Origin: Eledone cirrhosa
Lineage: Eukaryota
DNA length: 64,000 nt
Direction of reading: 5' to 3'
NCBI GenBank assembly: GCA_964016885.1
Contig: OZ024741.1
Span: forward strand, 62,310,001 to 62,374,000
Shown here piece after piece: positions 1-12,485 of the stretch. Below the pieces are notes generated by a model. That model ran no database searches. It saw nothing but the letters and a program-made list of their open reading frames with translations, and was not told the DNA's origin. Each line of letters opens with the position of its first letter. The first letter of the stretch is position 1. Both the position numbers and the translations under genes were made by a program.

Positions 1-2664
1 ATTCTTCAATGCAAAGCACGAAGGCTGCGTTGTCAGAGCTAGGGTGCGTGCTCTCAGACACGAGGGGACGAAAGCCGTTCAATGGGCCCGAGTGGCGGAG
101 GCGCGTCGTGGCAACAAAGCCACGATCCGGTCTTTGGTGGACCACGACGGGCGCATGCTACTCGATCCCGGGCAAATGTGTGAAGCTTTTCAGCGACACT
201 TCGCTCAGCTGTTCGGGGGCAGCGGGGGGCCGGGTAGAGGGATGGACTTTAGTGTCTACCTCGACGGACTGCCGCGGCTCTCGGCCACTGAGGCGAGGTG
301 TTGCGAAAAGCCGATAACAGCCGCTGAAGTACGGGAGGCAATGACTGGCTGCACAAGGGGTAAATCGCCTGGTTTGGATGGTCTGCCCTATGAACTTTAC
401 GTACAGATGCCAGACTTGTTCGGAGGCCTCTTGGCGGACGTCTACTGCAACTGGCAACAGAACGGGAGAATTCCCAGTTCTGTGAGCCGAGGAGCGGTGG
501 CACTGCTGAGAAAGGATCCGAACAAGGGGGATAACATAGACAATTTCCGGCCCATAACTCTGCTAAACACAGAGTTTAAGATTTTGGCCAAGGTGCTAGC
601 AAAGAGGTTGGCGCTTGTCGTTGGTGGTCTGGTGGGAGAGGCGCAGACATGCGCCATTCCCGACAGATCCATCCACGACAACCTCCACCTCATGCGATAC
701 ATCGTAGAGAGGGTAGCTAGGGAACCTGGCACGGGTGGGTCCTTGATCAATTTAGATCAGTCGAAAGCTTTCGATAGGGTCGACCATCGTTACCTAGCGG
801 CAGTCCTGAGGGCGGCTGGCTTTGGGCCCGTCTTCAGAGGCTGGATCGCTGCCATGCACAGCGACATCTGCTCTGTGGTGAGAGTGAACGGTCACCTGTC
901 GGAACCGTTCAACATCATGCGCTCGGTCCGCCAAGGATGTCCCCTCTCGTCCCTCTTGTACGTATTGACTCTCGAGCCATTACTGCACAAACTGGAGACG
1001 TTGAGGGGAGTCCCGCGCGAACTAGGATGCGGAAGATCCGTGTCAGCATATGCGGACGATGTCACCGTAGTGGTGTCGAACGCCAAACACATCGAGGCGA
1101 TCGGCACTACACTAAGAGAATACGAAGCGGTGACAGGAGCAATGATCAACCAGGAAAAGTCAGTGGGCCTGCAGCTCGGCACCTGGAGAGGCAGGTCCAT
1201 GCCGTCCAACAGCGTCGTCGGGCGCTGGACGGACGGACCGGTTAAATTGCTAGGGGTCTGGTTCGGTCCGGACCTCCAGACGGACAAAAACTGGGACGAG
1301 GTGACGAGCAGGGTGGCTTCTCTCACCCAGAAATGGGCGGAGAGGAAGCTATCCCTGAAAGGTCGAGCGGAGGTGGCTAACGCGTACATCGCGTCTGTCA
1401 TCTGCTACCGCCTAACCGTCGTACCTTGTCCTAAGCCTCGCCTGACTGCGCTGGAGCGTTTGCTCTTTCGCTTTTTGTGGAAGGGACGTGCTCCGATGGT
1501 CAGGCGGTCCATCTGTTGTCAACACCCGCTACGTGGAGGGCTGGGCATGCCGTGGCTGATGATGCGCAGGCACGCGCTCAGGCTACGACATCTCCACCTC
1601 TTCCTCGACGGTGATCAGGTGTGGTCGCCGTTTGCTAGACGCGTTTTTCCCCAGCTCGTTTCCTTGACGGAGCTGCAGTCCTGGGTCAAGCGAAGACCGA
1701 GAGGGAGCGCCTGGAGACTGGAATGTCTTCAGGCGCTCACAGCCCTCGACCAATCGGGCAATGTGATCGGTGGAAACTCCACCTCGGCGTTCTATAGAGG
1801 ATTAGTGGAGGGGAAGAGCGACGACGTACTTGGGGAAACTCTAGGCGTCGACGAAAATCAACTAGCCAATCTCTTCGGAAGAACTTTCGGACCGGGGCCT
1901 ATGGACAACTTCCAGAAATCTCTGGCCTGGCAGTGCTACCGAGGAGCCTTGCCAGTTCGGGATAAACTCTACAGGCATGGAGGTGCCGTCAGCCGGGCAT
2001 GTCCGAGATGCGCGCAGGGCGACGAAACCGTCCTGCACGCACTCGTCCAGTGTCCGAAAATTGCTGACTTGTGGGTTTATGTCGAACACCTGCTGTCGCG
2101 TTTAGGACGGATCCAGCTATCATCTGAGTCTATCGTGAGGATTGCCCCGCCCTCCTCCTTTAGCCGGGAAGGGCAGGCAGTTTTTATCTGTCTGGTGGCC
2201 ATGGCGAAAGAGATAGTATGGTGGACACGTTTGAAAGGGCTGAAGACGAGCACTTACCTCTTCGGTGATGCTCTGATTGACTTTTTCAAATTTCATTTGA
2301 AAAGGAAAATCAGAGTAGAGAAGGAAGTGCTCTCTTCCCAGCATTTTGTTGAAAGATGGGTGAGAGAAGCAAGAATGGCCCGAGTGAATGGGCCGACTCT
2401 GAGTATATATCTGTAAACTAAAGGTGGAAAACTGGGAGAGGGCACTTGCCTTGGTGGTCAGGGTCATTGTGGCTTTTTACTGGGCTTTCTCCACAAATGT
2501 CCCTCGAAGTCTCCCCCCTATTGGGGAATTTTTCATTGTTATTTTTGTTACATCCTCTGTTTTTGTTTTTTTTACACGCAGAAATGCCCATTTGTACTGT
2601 CCTGCATTGTCCTGCACTGTCCTTAATGTCTACTTTATGTAAACCCTTGTGGTTAATAAAGAAA

Positions 2665-2666
<2 letters not shown>
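1..2666 (+). mobile_element. Tx1/L1-clade LINE, copy 1 (young)
   Basis: Contains the ORF above, a ~250-bp 3' UTR and AATAAA at 2656-2661, then runs into (TTA)n at 2667-2754. Confidence 0.9.
2..2416 (+). CDS. ORF2 of a Tx1/L1-clade non-LTR retrotransposon (reverse transcriptase plus C-terminal CCHC zinc knuckle); 5' part lies outside the window
   Basis: Frame is open from base 2 to the TAA at 2416. RT motifs KSPGLDG, NFRPITLLN, LDQSKAFDRV, VRQGCPLS, AYADD and GGLG are present, followed by CPRC...ETVLHALVQC. No stops or frameshifts. Confidence 0.93.
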   Translation, partial: FFNAKHEGCVVRARVRALRHEGTKAVQWARVAEARRGNKATIRSLVDHDGRMLLDPGQMCEAFQRHFAQLFGGSGGPGRGMDFSVYLDGLPRLSATEARCCEKPITAAEVREAMTGCTRGKSPGLDGLPYELYVQMPDLFGGLLADVYCNWQQNGRIPSSVSRGAVALLRKDPNKGDNIDNFRPITLLNTEFKILAKVLAKRLALVVGGLVGEAQTCAIPDRSIHDNLHLMRYIVERVAREPGTGGSLINLDQSKAFDRVDHRYLAAVLRAAGFGPVFRGWIAAMHSDICSVVRVNGHLSEPFNIMRSVRQGCPLSSLLYVLTLEPLLHKLETLRGVPRELGCGRSVSAYADDVTVVVSNAKHIEAIGTTLREYEAVTGAMINQEKSVGLQLGTWRGRSMPSNSVVGRWTDGPVKLLGVWFGPDLQTDKNWDEVTSRVASLTQKWAERKLSLKGRAEVANAYIASVICYRLTVVPCPKPRLTALERLLFRFLWKGRAPMVRRSICCQHPLRGGLGMPWLMMRRHALRLRHLHLFLDGDQVWSPFARRVFPQLVSLTELQSWVKRRPRGSAWRLECLQALTALDQSGNVIGGNSTSAFYRGLVEGKSDDVLGETLGVDENQLANLFGRTFGPGPMDNFQKSLAWQCYRGALPVRDKLYRHGGAVSRACPRCAQGDETVLHALVQCPKIADLWVYVEHLLSRLGRIQLSSESIVRIAPPSSFSREGQAVFICLVAMAKEIVWWTRLKGLKTSTYLFGDALIDFFKFHLKRKIRVEKEVLSSQHFVERWVREARMARVNGPTLSIYL

Positions 2667-2754
<88 letters not shown>

Positions 2755-2755
<1 letters not shown>

Positions 2756-2903
2756 GTCCCTTTAGGGACTGAGTTCAAATCCCGCCGAGGTTAACTTTGC
2801 CTTTCATCCTTACGGGGGTCGATAAAATAAAGTACCAGTAATGCACTGGAACAATTGCTGGCCTTGTGCCTAAAGTAGAAAAAATTATTATTATTATTAT
2901 TAT
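2755..2903 (+). mobile_element. tRNA-derived SINE (family A), 5'-truncated
   Basis: B-box-like gagttcaaatcc, core gcctttcatccttacggggtcgataaaataaagtaccag, and an (ATT)n tail. Same sequence recurs about 20 times in the window. Confidence 0.85.
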
Positions 2904-4140
2904 TTACTGCGGAAGCTGGAGCTGTTGCAGGGCATCCCGCTAGAACCGGGACGTGGAAAGGTGGTGTCGGCTTATGCGGACGACATCACCGTGATGGTGT
3001 CGAACACCTCAGAAATCGAGATGGTCGGCACCTTATTGAAGGAATATGAAAGGTTGACAGGAGCCAAACTTAACCCGGAAAAGTCGGTGGGCTTGCAGCT
3101 CGGAACCTGGAGAGGCAAGCCCATGCCGTCCAACAGCGTCGTGGGGCGCTGGATGGACGGACCGGTAAAGTTGCTCGGGGTTTGGTTCGAACCAGACCCC
3201 CAGGTGGAAAAGAATTGGGACGAGGTAGCGAGCAGAGTACCCAGTCTCACCCAAAAATGGGCTGGGAGGAAGCTATCACTGAAAGGTCGCGTGGAGGTGG
3301 CGAATGCCTACATCGCGTCCGTCATCTACTACCGCCTGACCGACGTGCCTTGCCCCCGTCCGCGCCTCATCAAGTTGGAATGGCTCCTCTTCAAATTCTT
3401 GTGGAGAGGACAAGTTCCGTTGGTGAGGCGGTCCATCTGCTGCCAGCACCCTCTACGCGGAGGGCTGGGCATGCCGTGGCTAGTGATGCGCAGACATGCG
3501 TTGAGGCTGCGACATCTCCAGATATTCTGCCTCAACGGTGAACAGGTGTGGTCGCCGTTTATCAGACGGGCCTCGACGAAGTCGAACTGACCAGTCTGTA
3601 CCGAAGGACTTTCGAGCCGGGGACGATGGACACTTTCCAGAAATCCCTCGATGGCAGTGCTACCGGGGGACACTGCCAGTTCGGGATAAACTCTACAGGC
3701 ACGGAAGTGCTGTCAGACGGACCTGCCCAAGATGCGCACAGAACGACGAAACCGTTCTGCACGCACATGTCCAATGTCCGTGCATTACTGACTTGTGAAG
3801 TTATGTCGAGCAGCTACTGTCGCGTGTGGAACGAATCCGGCTATAGGCCGAGTGCATAGTGAAGATCGACCCGCCGCCTTCCTTAGGTCAGGAAGAGCAG
3901 GAAATTTTCCTCTGTCTGATGGCAGTTGCGAAAGAGGTTATATGGTCGACCAGGTTAAAAGGACTGAAGACAGACACTTTTCTCTTCGGCCAATCCCTCA
4001 TCAAATTCTTCAGGTTTCACCTAAAAAGGAAGGTGAGGGTGGAGAGAGAAGTGCTGTCCCCCAGTACATTTGCTAAAAGATGGATGAATGTGGCGAGAAT
4101 GGCTCGTGTGAATGGGCCTACTCTGAGCATGCGCCTATAG
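2904..4140 (+). mobile_element. Tx1/L1-clade LINE, copy 2: 5'-truncated, internally deleted, frameshifted
   Basis: ORF fragments 2925-3590, 3538-3798 and 3859-4140 align to the RT (SAYADD) and C-terminus of copy 1. Roughly 200 bp are missing near 3567. Confidence 0.9.
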
Positions 4141-4164
4141 ACTAGCTAACCAGCAAGCATGCCT

Positions 4165-5219
4165 TTTGAAGCGTTCCAAAAAGCGGGGCGGGGCCGATTT
4201 TCTTTAACCATCCCTGGAAACTTTTTGAGATAGTACCTAGTGCGCCTATGACAATCGGGACCATTTTGACTTCATGGCAGTTCCAAATCCTTTTTCCCTC
4301 CCACTTTAAGTCCTGGTATCGGTTAATTTTCTACATCTCCTTCTCTTGCACTCTCGTGTCGAACGGGCAGGCCACATCCACAATCAGGCACGATCTTTTT
4401 TCCTTGTCCAAAACCACCAGGTCACGTCATTGTGTTCCAGTTTCTTGTCCGTCTGTATCCTAAAATCCCACAGCACCTTCACCTAATCGTTTTCTATCAC
4501 CGACTCTGGCTTATGCTCATACCACTTCTCAGAATGTGGTAAATTGTGTACTTTGCATAGGTGCCAGTGGATCACCCTGCCCATCACATCATGTCTTCAG
4601 CCTTTATAGTGAGTCTGGGCTAGGTGTTTACACTCGGATACAATGTGAGCCACAGTCTCCTCTCTCTCTCCACAGATCCTACACAGGGGGCTAGCCTCCT
4701 CCTTGTAAATATGGTGTTTCAACCACTTCGTTTTGAGGGCCTGCTCTTGCGCAGCCATTAGCATTCCATCTGTAGCCTTTTTAAGGTCTCCTCTTTTCAA
4801 CCAGTTCCATGTCTGTGGATCTCTGAACTCAGTTTTCTCAAAGAAGGTACTATGAAGGGATTTTTCATGAAGCCTGCTCTTTCTCCTTGTTGTTATTTCC
4901 TCCTTGGACATCCCCTGGTCTATTGTCCCCTCCTTCAGTACAATTCTGAGCATTGGCTCCTTACTCTCAGTCACGTATTTGTGTAGGTTGTTTTTCTCTA
5001 TCTGAACACAGTCCTCTATGCTGATAAGACCTCTTCCACCTTGAGATCTTAAGTAGAGTCTATCGACATCACTCCTCTTGTGGAACATGTTTTAGATAGT
5101 CATTAGCTTCCTAGTCTTCCTAACCATTTCTTTTTGTTCAGCAACATTCCATCTCAGAATTCCCGCACTGTATCTAATAATAGACACAGCTCGGGAATTT
5201 ACTGCACTTATGGCATTCC

Positions 5220-5220
<1 letters not shown>
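4165..5220 (-). mobile_element. R4/Dong-clade LINE 3' fragment (RT end, CCHC, restriction-like endonuclease), decayed
   Basis: ORF 4597-5088 has DRLYL..GGRGL and CRICGEREETVAHIVSEC. Downstream minus-strand translation gives LIVDVACPFD...KINRYQDLK. The 5' end abuts (TAA)n, which established knowledge gives as the Dong target. Confidence 0.85.
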
Positions 5221-5291
<71 letters not shown>

Positions 5292-5296
5292 CATAA

Positions 5297-6028
5297 TGGC
5301 GGTGTATTGGCAGTATCAGTAGTGTGTGGGACACTATGGTTTGACGCATAGAGTTACGCCCCTTGCCATTCTGAGTTCAAATCGCGCCGAGTTTAACTTT
5401 GCCTTTCATTCATACGGGTCGATAAAGTACCAGTAATGTACAGAGTAATTGCTGGCCTTGTGCCAAAAGTAGAAACAATTATTATTATTATTATCATAGA
5501 ATATAATGTCCGACGGTCAATCTTAAACCAATTCTTGATCGTTTATGATTAACTGTCGGATATTAAATAAAGTACCAGTAATACACTGGGATAATTGCTG
5601 GCCTTGTGCCAAAACTAGAAACCATTATTAATTTGGCAGTATCGGTAGAGAGTCGGACGCCATGCTTTGCAGAATAGAGTTACGGCCCTTTACGGTGTGA
5701 GTTCAAATCCCACTGAGGTTAACTTTGCCTTTCTTCCTTACGGGGTCGATAAAATAAAGCACCAGTAACGTACTGGGTCGATATAACCGACTTTCCCCTC
5801 CCACCAAATTACTGGCCTTGTGCCTATAGTAGAAATCATTGGTGGATTGGCAGTATCAGTAGAGAGTCGGACGCCATGCCTTCCAGCATAGTTACGTCCC
5901 TTTACGATCTGAGTTCAAATCCCGCCGAGGTTGACTTTGCCTTTCATCCTTACGGGGTCGATAAAATAAAGTACCAGTAATGCACTGGGTAATTGCTGGC
6001 CTTGTGCCAAAAGTAGAAACAATTATTA
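5297..6028 (+). mobile_element. Head-to-tail cluster of family A SINEs (about 5297-5495, 5563-5630 partial, 5633-5840, 5841-6028)
   Basis: Repeated head tggcagtatc..gtagagagtcggacgccatgc, B box, core and tail gccttgtgccaaaagtagaaacaatt. Confidence 0.88.
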
Positions 6029-6234
6029 ATGTCAAAATATCCCTCCAAAATATTTAAATTAATTAATCTAGAACAGAGGTTCTCAAAGTGAACGCTACGT
6101 CCCCCTGGGGTGCATTGAGAAGGTCCATGGGGGCACTGGTGCCTAAGAGGGTGGTAGGTGGGTGGGCGGTAGTGATGATATAATAGTTATCAAATATCAA
6201 AATATGTATAGATATAGTAAAATAAAAATCATAT

Positions 6235-6413
6235 AATTGTTTCTACTTTTGGCACAAGGCCAGCAATTATCCCAGTGTATTACTGGTACTTTATTTTATC
6301 GACTCCGTAAGGATGAAAGGCCAAGTTAAACTCGGCGGGATTTGAACTCAGATCATAAAGGGCCGTAACTATGCTGCAAAGCATGGTGTCCGACTCTCTA
6401 CCGATACTGCCGA
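6235..6413 (-). mobile_element. Family A SINE nested in the hAT MITE
   Basis: Reverse complement of the family A consensus. Confidence 0.88.
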
Positions 6414-6492
6414 ATCAAAAAATTATATAATATTTATTTATACATAGTATATATTATATTAGTTATATATAAATTAATGATTTTATTTATTA

Positions 6493-7385
6493 CTAGCAGT
6501 AAAGCCCGGCGTTGCTCGGGGTCGCTCAGTAGCTGTGTTAAAGTTACAATGTTAAGTTTCTTTCTTGGCTTAAAAACTGTAGTGTCTACTGTGCAGACTT
6601 GCATGTGGTGTTTTTGATTAATATTCCCTCAACCAACAATATGCCTTATGAAGTTAAGAAAACATAACGATAACCCGAATGTTATAACAAAAGAGGATGC
6701 TGGGGATAGAAACTGCACTGGTTATTTATTAACAAAGATCGAAAATGTAAACACTGCAACGCAGAGAAAAACATTAGCGTAACCAAATTATGAGTTATGT
6801 CTGTCTGCACGCCTATATCACCTCTCTGCACGACTGTCTGTCTGCACGCCTATATCACCTCTCTGCACGACTGTCTGTCTGCATGGCTGTCTGTCTGCAC
6901 GCCTATATCACGTCTCTGCACGACTGTCTGTCTGCACGACTGTCTGTCTGCACGCCTAACGACGAAATATTTGCTTGTTTTACGTAGTCTTTAAATAGAC
7001 TTGTTTTCAAGTAAAAATATTGTTTTAAAATGCTTTTAAATGGAAATGAAGCAAAACGGAAGTTTAGTGTTCGAACTGATGAATTTTGCAGGTCAATATT
7101 TTGCTGGCTCGACAACTGTTAAAGCCAGCGTAATTTTTTACGTAAGACGCTCAATGTAAACAGAACAAAGGGAAATAACTGATAACTTACGCTCAAAAAT
7201 CGATACATTATATTCGATTTCGTCACATAGGGTGGGTCAATTTGAAATTTTTTTTTTCCGATGTCTTCGCTAGGGCTCAATGTACAAGTATAGCAATTTC
7301 CGTGCAATTCCGTGAGAGATTCTAAGAGGAGATGTGTGCCAAAAATCGATAGACAGACAGACAACCACAGTTTTATATATATAGA
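6493..7385 (-). mobile_element. Non-autonomous Helitron
   Basis: On the minus strand it starts TCTATATATATAAAA and ends CTAG (6493-6496), with a subterminal hairpin cccggcgttgctcggg (6505-6520). It is inserted between A and T with no TSD. Contains a ~38-bp minisatellite at 6798-6957. Confidence 0.85.
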
Positions 7386-7989
7386 TATATCATATTTATA
7401 TATCAATTTGCGAGTATGTAGGTGTCTCTGGAAATAGGTTTGGGGGGCGCTGAGGGTATTATGTGGCCGTGAGAGGGGGGGGGGGGTCACAAAAAGTTTG
7501 AGACCCTCTGATCTAGAATATCAGTCTCTCTGCTGTCCTATGGTTTTCATCGGGACTTCGACATGTTCCACAAGAAATTATTTCTAGATTCCTAGTCATG
7601 TTTGGTGATTCCAAATACAGTGTACATACACACACGCAGATACATATAGTGAGATAAGCAATAATATATATATATGTGCGTGTGTGTGTGCATATGTGCG
7701 TGTATGCGAGTGTGTGTGTGTGTCTGTGTGTGTGTGTTTATGTGCACACTCTCAGACACACACATATATTACATTAATTATTATATTCAGCATAGTGCAA
7801 ATGTTGTATAATCTGCAACCTCACAAGTTTATCATGTAGGTTTACCTACAGTTTTGTTACTGTTATAGTAGCTATTTATGTCATTGTGGTTCCTGATGTT
7901 GTTGATGATGTCATCACTGTTGTTCAGTATTTCTAGAGAGAATAAAGGATGGAATATGAGATTTTTTTTGACACGTGAGGTTTTTGGCG

Positions 7990-8025
<36 letters not shown>

Positions 8026-8184
8026 GTAATGTGGGTGATAATGATGGTGTTGGTGTTAGCGTTTGTGATGATGATGTTCACGATGGTGCTAAACGTAGTA
8101 CTGTAGGTGGTGGATGTGGTGTTCAGGTTGGTGCTGGTTTCGTTGATGTTGTTGGTAGTTGTCGTTGAAGTTGTTGGTGGTAAT

Positions 8185-8967
8185 TCTCGTAGTGGTGATG
8201 TTGATGGTGGTGGTGATGTTGGTGGCGGTGGTGATGTTGGTGGCGGTGGTAGTTCTCGTGCTGGTGATGTTGGTGGTGGTGGTAGTTCTCGTGCTGGTGA
8301 TGTTGGTGGCGGTGGTAGTTCTCATGGGGGTGATGTTGGTGGTGGTGGTAGTTCTCATGGGGGTGATGTTGGTGGTGGTGGTAGTTTTCATGGGGGTGAT
8401 GTTGGTGGTGGTGGTGGTAGTTCTCGTGGGGGTGATGTTGGTGGTGGTGGTAGTTCTCGTGCTGGTGATGTTGGTGGTGGTGGTAGTTCTCGTGGTGTTG
8501 ATGTTGGTGGTGGTGGTAGTTCTCGTGGGGGTGATGTTGGTGGCGGTGGTAGTTCTCGTGGGGGTGATGTTGGTGGTGGTGGTAGTTCTCGTGGGGGTGA
8601 TGTTGGTGGCGGTGGTAGTTCTCGTGGGGGTGATGTTGGTGGTGGTGGTAGTTCTCATGGGGGTGATGTTGGTGGTGGTGGTAGTTCTCATGGGGGTGAT
8701 GTTGGTGGTGGTGGTAGTTCTCGTGGGGGTGATGTTGGTGGCGGTGGTAGTTCTTGTGGGGGTGGTGTTGGTGGTGGTGGTAGTTCTCGTGGGGGTGATG
8801 TTGGTGGTGGTGGTAGTTCTTGTGGGGGTGGTGTTGGTGGTGGTGGTAGTTCTTGTGGGGGTGGTGTTGGTAGTTCTCGTGGGGGTGATGTTGGTGGTGG
8901 TGGTAGTTCTCGTGGGGGTGGTGTTGGTGGTGGTGGTAGTTCTTGTGGGGGTGGTGTTGGTGGTGGT
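8185..8967. repeat. 30-bp minisatellite (ggtgatgttggtggtggtggtagttctcgt-type unit)
   Basis: About 25 near-identical tandem units. They generate the spurious Gly/Thr/Val/Pro-rich ORFs. Confidence 0.92.
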
Positions 8968-9029
8968 ATGAGGTCGAAGATTAAGCTGACGGTATTGATC
9001 ATTTGGTAACGGATGGCGTTTATCTTCCA

Positions 9030-10680
9030 GTGTGATGGTGGTGGTGGGGGGGGGGTGCTCACGGTAGTAGTAATTATGATTGTGGTGGCGTAGTGTCGTT
9101 GTTAATGTGGAGCTGGTGGTGGTGATAGATGTGGTGGTGGTAATAGTGAGGTAGTATGCTATGCTGGGGTGGTTTTGGTGGTGGTAGTAGTAGTGTGCTA
9201 TGGTGGTGGTGGTGGTGGTGGTGGTGGTGGTGGTGGTGATAGTAGTGTGCTGTGGTGGTAGTGGTGGTGGTGATAGTAGTGTGCTGTGGTGGTGGTGGTG
9301 GTGGTGGTGGTGGTGGTGATAGTAGTGTGCTGTGGTGGTGGTGTTGGTAATAATAGTATGCTATGGTGGTGGTGATGGTGGTGATAGTAGTGTGCTATGG
9401 TGGTGGTGGTGGTGCTGGTGATACTAGTGTGGTATGATGGTGGTGGTGCTGGTGCTGGTAATACTAGTGTGCTATGGTGGTGGTGGTGATAGTTGTATAC
9501 TGGGTGGTGGTGGTGTTAGTGTGAGTACAGTTAAAGTGATTAAGGCGTGAATTATAGATTCACACACTGTAACAGCTTGTGGTATAGCAACTCTGTTGAC
9601 AGTCAAAATGGCAGCGAGAGGGATGGTGTGAGGTGTTGTTGGTGTGGTGGTGGTGGTGGTGGTGGTAGATGGCGGTGATGGTGGTAGATGGTGGTGGTGG
9701 ATGTTGATGGTGGTGGGAGGTGGTGCTGGTGGTGGTGATGGTGATGGTGGTGGTGGTGGGTGTGATGGTGGGAGGTGGTGGTGGTGATGGTGATGGTGGT
9801 GGTGGGTGTGATGGTGGGAGGTGGTGGTGGTGGTGATGGTGATGGTGGTGGTGGTGGTGGCAGGAGGTGGTGATGGTGGTGGTGGTGGCAATGGTGATGG
9901 TGGTGGTGATGGTTGTGGTGGTGTTGGTGGGAGGTGGTGATGATGGTGGTTGTGGTGGTGTTGGTGGTAGTGGGAGGTGGAGATGGTGGTGATGGTGGGG
10001 GTGGTTATGATGGTGGTGGTGGTGGTGGAGGTGGTGTGAGGTGTTGTTGGTGTGGTGGTGGTGGGAGGTGGTGGCGTTGATGTTGGTGGTGTTGGTGGGG
10101 GAGGGGGGTGTAGCAGTGGTGTGAGGTGCAGTTGATGTGGGGGTGGGGTGATGGGAGGTGGTGATGGTGGTAGTGGTGGTTGTTGTGGTGGTGGTTGTGG
10201 TGGTGGTGATGGTGGTGGTATCGGTGGTGTGATGTGTTGTTGGTGTGGTGGTGGTGGTGATGGGAGGTGGTGGTGGGAGGTGGTGGTGGGAACTAGTGGT
10301 GAGAGGTGGTGGTGAAGCTGGTGATGGTGTTAGTGGTGGCGGTGGTGGTTGTGGTGGTGTGAGGTGTTGTTGGTGTGGTGGTGGTGGTGGTGGGAGGTGA
10401 TGGCGGAGGTGGTGGTGTTGTTGGAGATGGTAGCGATGGCGTGAGGTGTTGTTTTTTGTTGTTGCTGTTGTTGATGTTGTGGTGGTGGTGGTGGTGGCAG
10501 TGGTGGTGGTGGGACGTGTTGCTGTTGTGATGTGAAGTGTTGTTGTCGTTGTTTTTGTGGTGGTGGTGGGGTTGGGGTGTTGGGGGTGGTAGTGTTAGTG
10601 CGAGATGTTGTTGGTGGTGGCGGTGGTAATGATGATGTTGATGATAATGATGGCGGAGGTGTTAATATGGTGGTGGAATC
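9030..10680. repeat. Degenerate (GGT)n-based low-complexity tract
   Basis: G/T-rich triplet repeats with higher-order units such as gatagtagtgtgctgtggtggt and ggtgggaggt. Confidence 0.9.
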
Positions 10681-10914
10681 ATTACCACATTCCCTTTCCT
10701 TACAACTCTCATTCTTTACTCTTTCGCTTCCAAAGATATTTGCTGAATGTCTTTCTTTCTCTCACACACTCTCTTTATCTTTGTTTCTAGTTTTTCTCCC
10801 CCTCTGAGACACACACACACACACATGTATGTATGTATGTATGTATGTATGTATGTATGTATGTATGTATGTATGTGTGTATGTATGTATGGATGTATGT
10901 ATGTTGTATGTATG

Positions 10915-11290
10915 TGTGAAGGACCCCTAGCTTTTGTCAGGGCATTCTTCTAGGAGAAGGCAACTCAGGAAACTGGGATAACTCCGATATAAAACATGCG
11001 GCTCAGTAGTTACCGATGATGTTGATCTTTTCTTCTTTTCGGGTTATAGCTACTGTCGCTCAGAGAGTGGGATTGGCTCAGTGCACAGTTTTTCCTCACT
11101 TGAAAAAAAAAATCTTCATTCACAGGCATTGCACGATAGAATTGATTAATAATTATTAATAATGTTATATTGTGTAATGGCCATACTCGATAACGAGGGG
11201 GCAGCTATCATGTATGTATGTATGTATGTATGTATGTATGTATGTATGTATGTATGTATGTATGTATGTATGTATGCATGTATGTATGCA
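10915..11290 (+). mobile_element. Non-autonomous RTE derivative (RTE 5' UTR joined to the RTE 3' terminus) with (TATG)n tail
   Basis: 10915-11170 matches the RTE 5' UTR at 18450-18890. 11172-11210 matches the RTE 3' end at 25704-25743. Flanked by (TATG)n on both sides. Confidence 0.82.
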
Positions 11291-11773
11291 TATACGTGTG
11301 GGGGGGGGGTCGCTTAACTGTTGGTAGAAGCGTAGGGACGCTGTAATGACACTCCATGTCTAAACACACCTAATTTCTTCCAAAACGAGCGACAGAGAGA
11401 AATATAAAGACATAAAGAGATATAGAGAAAGAATAGACTTCAATATTGAACTTGTACTTTATTAACCGACCTCGAAACAAGGAAAGACAGATTGAACTCG
11501 ATGGGATTTGAACTTAGATCGCCACGGGACGGAAGGAATGCTATAAACCATGCCCCATATATATATATATATATAATGTTGTGTACGATGTCTCTTTGTA
11601 TTCCTTATACACATAAACATACATACCATATATTGAGTACTACTCTAATTTTTAATTTTCTTTCTTTCTAAACCACACACGTTCAATACATATTGCACCA
11701 TCGATATATGAAACCTTGAGCTGATTAATCACGAAACGTGCGCCACACCTGAATAAGATTAATAAAAATTTGA

Positions 11774-11899
<126 letters not shown>

Positions 11900-12000
11900 T
11901 ATATGATGAAATACAATGATGGTTGGAAAATCACTGACGAAGGACTATTTTTATCATATGTAACCCATGTGCAAACCACGCAGTATTCTTCTTTCTTCTC

Positions 12001-12064
<64 letters not shown>

Positions 12065-12269
12065 TTTCAGCCACCGCTGGCCAAGGTCATGTGTAACATA
12101 ATAGCACCACAAGATACAACTGAACCTGAATTAATTACGCCTTAGGGATAACAGAGAGACAGAAATAATTCTATTCATTCGAGAATCTACAAGTCTGATG
12201 ATCTATCGATTCCAAAGAGGGGTCTGATCAGTATCGATCGCCTGACGCTTTTCACATACGAATAAATAT

Positions 12270-12440
12270 ATTGATATCATATTGATACTTCGTTCCTGTT
12301 CTTTACCATTATTAACACTCTGCATCTTAACGATACCTATAATGATGAATCCCAAACGTAGCATCCCACAGCGATAGTCGGATCCAAATTATCAGCATTA
12401 GTGCTGAAACTGGTGAACCATCAGTAATTCAACCAATGCA

Positions 12441-12485
<45 letters not shown>

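Larger units (their letters stand above)
6074..7510. mobile_element. Non-autonomous hAT (Charlie-type) DNA transposon/MITE containing a nested SINE and a Helitron
   Basis: TIRs CAGAGGTTCTCAAA (6074) and TTTGAGACCCTCTG (ends 7510). Exact 8-bp TSD ATCTAGAA at 6066-6073 and 7511-7518 matches the NTCTAGAN Charlie target consensus. Confidence 0.9.

Noticed and set aside
5297-6028. Repeated ~190-bp units resembling a CRISPR-like or tRNA gene array
   Set aside because: These are dispersed SINE copies with A/B-box-like heads. There is no repeat-spacer periodicity, no cas genes and no complete cloverleaf.
7077-7083. CTGATGA inside the Helitron; also 12196 and 42581 (-)
   Set aside because: No correctly spaced GAAA with pairing stems.
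8089-9062. Long Gly-, Val-, Thr- and Pro-rich ORFs (200-300 aa)
   Set aside because: All are frames of one 30-bp minisatellite. There is no unique coding flank or splice evidence.
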